Of a DNA stretch of 64,000 nucleotides, positions 57,547 through 64,000 are shown one piece after another. Position 1 is the stretch's first letter. Each line of letters starts with the position of its first letter. A program made the translations under genes and the position numbers. Origin of the DNA: an uncultured bacterium (GTDB lineage: Bacteria > Armatimonadota > JACIXR01); contig CAYVMD010000001.1 in assembly GCA_964452465.1 (NCBI GenBank), positions 18,604 to 82,603 of the forward strand. Direction: 5' to 3'. The notes beneath the pieces are model-generated. The model was not told where the DNA came from and ran no database searches. It worked only from the letters and a program-made list of their open reading frames with translations.

Positions 57547-58461
57547 GTGAAGGTAAAAGTGGCAACCGTTTCCATGGCTACGGAATATAGGAGCGTGGAG
57601 AAGGTAGAGGATAATTTGAAATACATAGAGGATACGCTGGAGGCAATGCGTGCCCTGGAACCCACCCTTGTTGCTCTCCCCGAGGTATTCCCCTATGTCG
57701 GAACACCAATGAGGGCGAGGGATGTAAAGGCGTCGCATTCGGAGAAGATCAAGGAGTTCATGAGCGAAATGGCGCGCAAATATTCTCTTTATCTCGCTGG
57801 TTCCATCTATGAGAGGCGAGAGGAGGGGCTCTTCAACGCTTGCCTGCTCTTCGACCGAGAGGGAAAACTCGTGGGAAGATACGACAAGATCCATCCCACC
57901 GAGCCGGAGATGGAGGAGGGGGTTATGCCCGGGGATGAGGAGCAGAAGCCCCTCCAAACCGAGTTCGGCAAGATAGGCTTTCAGATCTGCTTCGATGCCA
58001 ATTGGCACCTCTACTGGAAGAAACAAGCGGACGAAGGCGCCAAGATGCTCATCTTCTCCTCCGCCTATCCAGCGGGCAGGCTCCTCAACGCCATTGCTCT
58101 CCTCTACAATGTCTATATCGTAGCCTCCACCTGGGAACTGCGCTCGGGGATAATAGATGATATGGGCAGGTGGTTAGTGAGGACGGATAGGTTCTCCTGG
58201 TGGGTTTGGAGCGAGGTGGATTTGGATAGGGGCATCTTTCATTGGGATTTCCAGGAGGAAAAGTTGAGGCAGATCAAGCGGAAGTACGGAGACAAGGTGA
58301 GGGTGGAAACCTTCGGCGACGAAGCGCTCTTCACCATCCAGGTAATGCAGGAGGACCTAAAACTCCGGGATTTGGTAAAGGAATTCGCTCTCCTTCCCTA
58401 TCGGGATTACCTGCGAAGGGCGGAGAACGCCCAGAACGAAAAGCGGAAAAGGAAGGCTTGA
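57547..58461 (+). CDS. Carbon-nitrogen hydrolase (nitrilase superfamily)
   Basis: Glu-Lys-Cys triad in context: LPEVF, RYDKIHP, FQICFDANW. GTG start with SD AAAGGAGGGA. Confidence 0.8.
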   Translation: MKVKVATVSMATEYRSVEKVEDNLKYIEDTLEAMRALEPTLVALPEVFPYVGTPMRARDVKASHSEKIKEFMSEMARKYSLYLAGSIYERREEGLFNACLLFDREGKLVGRYDKIHPTEPEMEEGVMPGDEEQKPLQTEFGKIGFQICFDANWHLYWKKQADEGAKMLIFSSAYPAGRLLNAIALLYNVYIVASTWELRSGIIDDMGRWLVRTDRFSWWVWSEVDLDRGIFHWDFQEEKLRQIKRKYGDKVRVETFGDEALFTIQVMQEDLKLRDLVKEFALLPYRDYLRRAENAQNEKRKRKA

Positions 58462-58513
58462 CCATCCCAAGAAGGGAAGTTAGGCTGGTTCCAAAGGGAG
58501 GCGATGAGGGACA

Positions 58514-61500
58514 ATGAGCCGAATAGGGTGCTTGCTTTGTATGATCTCCTTGGCGCTTTCCTTGACCTTCGGTGAGCAGGTGATAAGAGCCTGGGGTGGT
58601 GAGCACGGTTGGCAGGGATGGACGAAGGTGGGGAACGCTTGGGGGGAGGTCAACTGGCAACGCCTCGCCGATCCCTATCCCTCTATTTCTCATCCGGAAT
58701 CGTTGGCGGGAGGGGAGGGTGCTAAGGGGGCTTTCCGTTCCCCAAATTTCGTAATAGAGGGAGATATAATCCGCTTTTGGGCTAACGGATGGGATGGACG
58801 AGGCGGGGAGAGGGGGCTGAACGGCTTTTTCCTCCGCTCCGCCGAGGACAACTCCCTGCTTCGTTCCTCCTCTCCTCCCCTCCAGGATGCCTTCGCTCCC
58901 CTCTCTTGGCTCGTCAGCGATCTCAAGGGGCAGGAGGTATATTTCGAGGCGGTGGACGGGGACGAGGGAAATGCTTTCGCCTGGCTCGGGCTTGCCCTTG
59001 TGGAGGAGGTGAGGAAGGATGTCCCCGGAGAGAGGAGCGATCTCTACGCCATCCCCTTCCCTCCCGGTTTGGGCACCTTCAAAATACTCACCTACGATGG
59101 CGCCCATCGCCCCACCCCTCCCTACCTATCTTCCCTTGGCAATGGCGAGCAGGGAACGGGGAGGATCCGTTCCCCTCGGTTTAAGATAACCGTTCCCCAA
59201 ATCCGCCTCCTTGTGAGAGGGTGGGATGGTCAGTTTGGAGGCGCTGGAAGGAACGCCTTCCAATTGGTGGATGTCCAAACGGGCAGGGTCCTTCGCTCTT
59301 CCCCTCCGCCCCTCAGCGATTTCCCCCAAGAGCTGGTATGGGATGTCGGTGACCTTCAAGGGCGAGAGGTTTTTATCAGGGTGGTCGATGGCGACCCGGG
59401 AAGCGCCTTCGCTTGGCTCGGTTTGGACGAGGTGGATGCGGGTCCCACCCTCCACATCCGCTTCTCCCACCAACCCACCCTTAGGGGTTGGCAGGGGGAA
59501 GAGCCGGATAGAAGGTTCGTGGAGAAAGGAGGCATTCCCTTCCTCGCCTATTCCTCCTCCCCCCTGCCGGAGAACGATTCCCTAAGGTTGGTACTTGGTG
59601 CCCGGGCGAAGCGCCTCTTCCTCCTGGGCATGATTCCCTCCCCCGATCAGGGATGCCCCGTTTGGGGGGATCCCAACGATTCCTCCTCTCGTTTCTTCCT
59701 CGGTGACCAACTCGGCACGATAACCGTCCGCTATGCGGATGGCGTTTCCGAGGAGTATCCCCTCATCCTGGGGGAGAGCCTCTTCTGGGGAAGACTGTTC
59801 TATCAGTATCCCGAACCTTTCCTTTCCGATGAGAGGGCGAGGAAGACCATTAAGGAAGTCCTTCGCCTCTATCCCGCCCAGCCCTCCGAGGATGGGCTTT
59901 ATTTAGCGGTGATAAATCCTCGTCCTCTCCCCATCTACTCCCTGGAGATAAAGGACTCGCCCCAGAAAAGGGGCATTCCGGTCATCCTGGGCATAACCGT
60001 GGAAAGTGTAGGGAGGGAAAGGATTAAAGGGGCGATTCCGCTCCCTCATGACGAATTCTCCCCCGACCTACGAGCCTTCCTCGCCCAGAAGCCTTTGAGG
60101 TCCAAGCAAGACAAGGGAGGAAAGGAGGATGGGAGAAGCCTCGTGCCCTTCCTTTACATGAGCGAGGAAAGGTTGCCCTCCCATCTTCCCCTCGATATAC
60201 CCTCGGGATATCGAGGACCAAGGGTGAAATTCGAGGGCAACATCTACGCCGATATCCTTACCAATGTCTTCCATCACACCCTCCAGGACATGGTCAACAA
60301 GATAGATGAGGAGGGGATGTACCACACCTCCACGAAGGATGCCCCCGCTTGGGGCTACGAGAGCTGTGGAACCTTCAGGAGGAATGTGGGCGTATACTAC
60401 GCCCATTCCTGGTCGCGCGATCTAGGGAGGAGTTTGCAGGAGCTTGTTGCGCTGGGCTATCTGGATTTGGGGAAACGCTGTGCGGATTATTGCTTCAGGA
60501 TGGCTCGCCTTTGGGAGGAGCGCTCCCAGGAGTTGAGGTGGAAGGGCAATCCCCTCCCACCCCATTGGTGTAGGATAATCAACATCCCCGATATCAACGA
60601 GGGAGGGGGCTGTTTCGAGAACGATGGACACGGCTTGATAAGCCTCTTCATCTACAAACTTTGGCAGAGGTTGCCGGATAAAGAGGAATGGTTATCCTCC
60701 CATTGGGAGGATGTGCGCCAGGCGGGGGATTGGATAGTTTGGCAATTGGAGCATCCCGAGATCTCCGGAGCTAAGGATGTCTTGTGGACGGATAGCGAAT
60801 GTGCAGGTGGAGTGGGATATACAGTCTATGCGGATTATCTCTGCATGGAAGCTCTGCGCGCTTTGGCGGAGATGGCGGATGGCATCGGCGAAAGGGAGGT
60901 GGCTCGGAGGTGGCGGGAATATGCGGAAAGATTGAGGAAGGGGATAGAGAGGAATTACATCGTGGTTGAACCCAAATATGGGAAGGTTTGGACCCTTCAG
61001 CACTCCGGTTGGCCCCACCGTAGCACCGTGCTGGGACCACTCATAATCTCCGCGGATAGGAGGGGGTTCTCCCCTCGCCAGGACGAGGAGGAATGGCGAG
61101 CTATCAACGAGGCGACCTATCAGAGATTGATAGATTCCTATCGTCCTTTCGGCTTCTACGGCACCGCCATGGGCTATGGTCAGGGGTTCGTTACCCAATC
61201 CGCCCTCCTCTTGGATAGGATGAAGGACGCCACTAAGATGTTGGAGTGGACCGCTAAGGCGATCTACGACCCAAGGTGCCAGCCTTACATCGTCCCCGAG
61301 GGGTGTGAGGTGAGCCCGGATGGCAAGGTTTGGCATCGCACGGGAGACCTGGGCAACGGCGTGCAGGAGGCGGAGATAATAAAGGTCCTGAGGCTGGTGC
61401 TCGGGATAGATAACCCCCGACCGGGCGTGGTGGCTCTTTACCCCCGTCTTCCCTACGGTTGGAAGAGGATAGAGGTGAAGGATTACCCTATATGGCTGGA

Positions 61501-61756
61501 AGGGGGTAGGGCGAGCCTCTCCCTTTCCCTCCAAAGGGAGGGGAATGCTTTGCAATTGACCTTCTCCTGTAGCGATACCCTCCCTCCCCTGGGTATCAGG
61601 CTCGGTCCCTTCGAGGAATTGGGGAAAGGTTTTAGGGTTCTGGTGAACGGCAGGGAGACGCAGGGCGAAGCGGTGAAGAGCGGAGATTCCTGGTGGGTTA
61701 AGGCGAGGGTTCCAGGGGGCAAGGAGGGCAGCATAAAGGTGGAAAGGAAAGGGTGA
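58514..61756 (+). CDS. Secreted protein with two tandem ~125-aa lectin-like N-terminal repeats and a C-terminal six-hairpin (alpha/alpha)6-like glycosidase-like domain
   Basis: Signal peptide. Internal duplication (FRSPNFVIEGDIIRFWANGWDG...AFAWLGLA versus IRSPRFKITVPQIRLLVRGWDG...AFAWLGLD). The C-terminal region is helix-rich with WSRDLGRS and conserved acidic residues. 1080 aa. Confidence 0.5.
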   Translation: MSRIGCLLCMISLALSLTFGEQVIRAWGGEHGWQGWTKVGNAWGEVNWQRLADPYPSISHPESLAGGEGAKGAFRSPNFVIEGDIIRFWANGWDGRGGERGLNGFFLRSAEDNSLLRSSSPPLQDAFAPLSWLVSDLKGQEVYFEAVDGDEGNAFAWLGLALVEEVRKDVPGERSDLYAIPFPPGLGTFKILTYDGAHRPTPPYLSSLGNGEQGTGRIRSPRFKITVPQIRLLVRGWDGQFGGAGRNAFQLVDVQTGRVLRSSPPPLSDFPQELVWDVGDLQGREVFIRVVDGDPGSAFAWLGLDEVDAGPTLHIRFSHQPTLRGWQGEEPDRRFVEKGGIPFLAYSSSPLPENDSLRLVLGARAKRLFLLGMIPSPDQGCPVWGDPNDSSSRFFLGDQLGTITVRYADGVSEEYPLILGESLFWGRLFYQYPEPFLSDERARKTIKEVLRLYPAQPSEDGLYLAVINPRPLPIYSLEIKDSPQKRGIPVILGITVESVGRERIKGAIPLPHDEFSPDLRAFLAQKPLRSKQDKGGKEDGRSLVPFLYMSEERLPSHLPLDIPSGYRGPRVKFEGNIYADILTNVFHHTLQDMVNKIDEEGMYHTSTKDAPAWGYESCGTFRRNVGVYYAHSWSRDLGRSLQELVALGYLDLGKRCADYCFRMARLWEERSQELRWKGNPLPPHWCRIINIPDINEGGGCFENDGHGLISLFIYKLWQRLPDKEEWLSSHWEDVRQAGDWIVWQLEHPEISGAKDVLWTDSECAGGVGYTVYADYLCMEALRALAEMADGIGEREVARRWREYAERLRKGIERNYIVVEPKYGKVWTLQHSGWPHRSTVLGPLIISADRRGFSPRQDEEEWRAINEATYQRLIDSYRPFGFYGTAMGYGQGFVTQSALLLDRMKDATKMLEWTAKAIYDPRCQPYIVPEGCEVSPDGKVWHRTGDLGNGVQEAEIIKVLRLVLGIDNPRPGVVALYPRLPYGWKRIEVKDYPIWLEGGRASLSLSLQREGNALQLTFSCSDTLPPLGIRLGPFEELGKGFRVLVNGRETQGEAVKSGDSWWVKARVPGGKEGSIKVERKG

Positions 61757-61761
61757 GACAT

Positions 61762-64000
61762 ATGAATCTGAGGAGATTGGGCATGGTGGCGTTAATGGGT
61801 TGTTTCTCCCTTCTATCTCATTATCCCACATCCTATGGGAATGAGAGAAGACCCTTCATCGCCGAATTGAAATGGGAGAAGAGGTCCGACTGGATGGATG
61901 TGAGGGGGTTTGGTGCCAAGGGGGACGGTAGGACGGATGATACCGAGGCGATACAAAAGGCGCTCGATGCGATGGAATATGGTTCCACCCTCTTCTTCCC
62001 TCCCGGCACCTATGTGATTACGCGAACCCTTATACTGCATTCCTCCGGTCAGCGCATCATAGGGGGAGCGCTTATAGGATGTGGGAAAAGCACGAGAATC
62101 ATATGGGATGGACCTGCCGATCCAGGGATGCCCATGCTATTGATAAAATCGGGCATGTGCCACATCGGAAGGTATATCGGCATTGTTTGGGATGGTAGGG
62201 GAAAGGCGGGCGTCGGCATCGAGCATCGCTCCGATAATTTCGAAACAGAGGTGCTTCACTTCAACGAGGCATTTCTCAATTTCACCAATTTCGGGATAAA
62301 GATAGGGGCAGGGGTGCAGCAATCGGCGGAGATGAGGATCGAGAACTGCCTATTCGAGAACTGCGAGACGGGCATAGCCTATCTTAACTTCAACGACTAC
62401 GATATCACCGTCAACGGATGCGAGTTCCGGGAGTGTGGAGTGGGGATAAGGGACAATCACGGCAACGGCTACATAAGGAACTGTAGGTTTTTAAACAGCA
62501 AGATAGCGGATCTTCAACTGCACAGCGAGCATGGCTCCTCCATTAGGAGATGCGTCTCCCTCAATTCCCATACTTTCCTCGTTTATACCTCCATCGTGGC
62601 GCCTTTGGTGATCCAGCAGTGCCATATCTCTCGTTGGAAGAACCCCGATGGCGCGATCGTTTTGGGTAATAACGCCCCTATCCTAATAATGGACACCACC
62701 TTCTCGGAGCCTCCCAATACGAATCCTCCCATTGATGCCAAGGGGAAGACGATAATCCTATCCGGCAACAGGTTCAGGGAAAATAAGGATAAAATCGTGG
62801 GAGGGGACACTTCCTCCGTGATAGAGATTCCCCCCGGCAGGGAGAAGGTCAAGGAGATCCCCCTGAATATAAGTTTCCTAAAGGAAGACATCGAAATCCC
62901 CCGCAAAGTATTTGATGCCAAGGTCAACTTCGGCGCCAAGGGAGATGGCAGGACGGACGACACCGAGGCGATACAGAGAACCATAGATACTGCGAGTAGG
63001 TATGGGAGAAATTGCATCGCTTATATACCAAAGGGAACCTATCTTGTCTCCAAAACGATAGAGATAACCGGCTCGAATTACCATGTGAGTGGGTGTGGGA
63101 CGGGAACGCACATCCTCTGGAAGGGGGAGGAGGGAGGGACGGTATTTCACATTAAATCCCCCGAGAACATAGTCGTTGAGAATTTGCGAATAGGCTGGGA
63201 CATTCCCAAATCCCAATTGAGGGAGGGTATAGATATCCTGCAGACATCCACGCCCGGAAGGAAGTCCTCTATACTTTACGAAGGCATATGCGTTTATGGG
63301 ATGTACCAAAACGACCCGGGCAGAGGGGGATTGCATCTCGTTAATCTATCCAAGGATGACAAAGTGGTGATCAATCATCTGTGCGGGAACCTCACCATCA
63401 GAAATTGTGGGAACGCAAGGATCCTGGTGAATCAATCCTATAATGGAAACCTTATCATCGAGGGAAAGGAAAAGGAAAGGAAGGGGTTCATAGGGTTTCT
63501 GAACAGGTTCACCCCGGATAAGCCTTTCACATTTTATGTGAAGGACAACCAAAGCTTGATCATAGGTGATTATTATGTGGAGCAGTGCGAGGGCATCGTT
63601 TATATAGAGGGCGAGCCTGGTGCCCCAGCGGGGAAGATAGTGATTCAGGGGGCGAAATTTCACTGGTGGGAGAAGGAGCCCCCCGTTGTTCCTATCCTGA
63701 TCAAAAATTACAAAGGTCTTATAATGATGGCGCCCGAACAGTTCTACAGCATCCCCACGACCCCCTTGATCTCCTTCGGCGGGAGGAACGATTGCGATTT
63801 GATATTCTTGGGAGCGATGTGGTACCCCTCCACTCCTCCCAAGGAGAATTTCAAGGTAGCCTCTGAACCTTCCGCCATCCCTCCTAGGCTCTATTCCATC
63901 GGATGTAAGGTGAGCGGGTGGGATGAAACCACTACCAGGGAAAAGTTCGAGAGGCTCTTCGATAAATTGGAGAAGAGGGTTTTTGAAAAAGTAGCGGAGG
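61762..64000 (+). CDS. Secreted GH55-like double right-handed beta-helix protein (two pectate-lyase-3-like domains); partial, continues past the window end
   Basis: Two copies of the GH55/Pectate_lyase_3 N-cap motif in one frame: VRGFGAKGDGRTDDTEAIQKALD (~61893-61960) and VNFGAKGDGRTDDTEAIQRTID (~62926-62990). No stop before 64000, which is why it is absent from the ORF track. Confidence 0.7.
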   Translation, partial: MNLRRLGMVALMGCFSLLSHYPTSYGNERRPFIAELKWEKRSDWMDVRGFGAKGDGRTDDTEAIQKALDAMEYGSTLFFPPGTYVITRTLILHSSGQRIIGGALIGCGKSTRIIWDGPADPGMPMLLIKSGMCHIGRYIGIVWDGRGKAGVGIEHRSDNFETEVLHFNEAFLNFTNFGIKIGAGVQQSAEMRIENCLFENCETGIAYLNFNDYDITVNGCEFRECGVGIRDNHGNGYIRNCRFLNSKIADLQLHSEHGSSIRRCVSLNSHTFLVYTSIVAPLVIQQCHISRWKNPDGAIVLGNNAPILIMDTTFSEPPNTNPPIDAKGKTIILSGNRFRENKDKIVGGDTSSVIEIPPGREKVKEIPLNISFLKEDIEIPRKVFDAKVNFGAKGDGRTDDTEAIQRTIDTASRYGRNCIAYIPKGTYLVSKTIEITGSNYHVSGCGTGTHILWKGEEGGTVFHIKSPENIVVENLRIGWDIPKSQLREGIDILQTSTPGRKSSILYEGICVYGMYQNDPGRGGLHLVNLSKDDKVVINHLCGNLTIRNCGNARILVNQSYNGNLIIEGKEKERKGFIGFLNRFTPDKPFTFYVKDNQSLIIGDYYVEQCEGIVYIEGEPGAPAGKIVIQGAKFHWWEKEPPVVPILIKNYKGLIMMAPEQFYSIPTTPLISFGGRNDCDLIFLGAMWYPSTPPKENFKVASEPSAIPPRLYSIGCKVSGWDETTTREKFERLFDKLEKRVFEKVAE

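Noticed and set aside
1-64000. CRISPR arrays, tRNA/rRNA genes, transposases/integrases, restriction-modification or toxin-antitoxin modules
   Set aside because: I scanned intergenic regions and small ORFs by eye. I found no regularly spaced direct repeats, no tRNA-like T-arm or anticodon-stem patterns, and no RT, nuclease, integrase or TA-like small ORF pairs. Absence is not proven without tRNAscan or CRISPR tools.

Overview
This 64 kb window comes from a moderately GC-rich bacterium; I estimate about 55-58% GC by eye and did not compute it. Proteins are rich in E/K/R/W, and long antisense ORFs are common, which is typical of GC-rich genomes. A prepilin-type protein with the H-X9-DG motif (DUF1559), RNase Y and a very large set of secreted carbohydrate-active-like proteins suggest a PVC-group or Armatimonadota-like, possibly thermophilic, saccharolytic organism. 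This is inference with low confidence. The left ~20 kb is core housekeeping. It holds a TtuA-like plus ThiI-like tRNA thiolation pair, a prepilin-like gene, a Zn-ADH, a sugar-phosphate isomerase and a GH1 beta-glucosidase. One long co-directional operon follows, rpmH-rnpA-yidD-yidC-jag-uvrC-lepA-hemW-metallophosphatase-folC; rpmH is absent from the ORF track because it encodes only 43 aa. After it come a small membrane protein with an M48 protease, LacI, and rny-recX on the minus strand. From ~21 kb to the window end there is a dense glycan-utilisation-like region. Its secreted proteins come from poorly characterised hydrolase-like families: GxGYxYP, CBM9-like/DUF5916, at least three GH42-like (GHL) paralogs, DUF2961/GH172-like, an ADP-ribosylglycohydrolase fusion, a six-hairpin-like protein with a tandem lectin-like N-terminal duplication, a GH55-like double beta-helix, a giant NHL-propeller lipoprotein and a BNR protein. 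Among them sit argD-argF, queA, an OmpR/histidine-kinase pair, an LDH-like malate dehydrogenase operon, a CBS protein and a nitrilase-family hydrolase. I found no CRISPR array, no tRNA or rRNA gene, no transposase, no integrase and no obvious defence system. The most unusual non-coding signal is a mosaic palindromic intergenic repeat present at two loci, upstream of rpmH and upstream of the 47453 gene. Its modules are shuffled between the two copies, and one hairpin has a compensatory base-pair change. All functional calls rest on motif recognition by eye; no database search was run.
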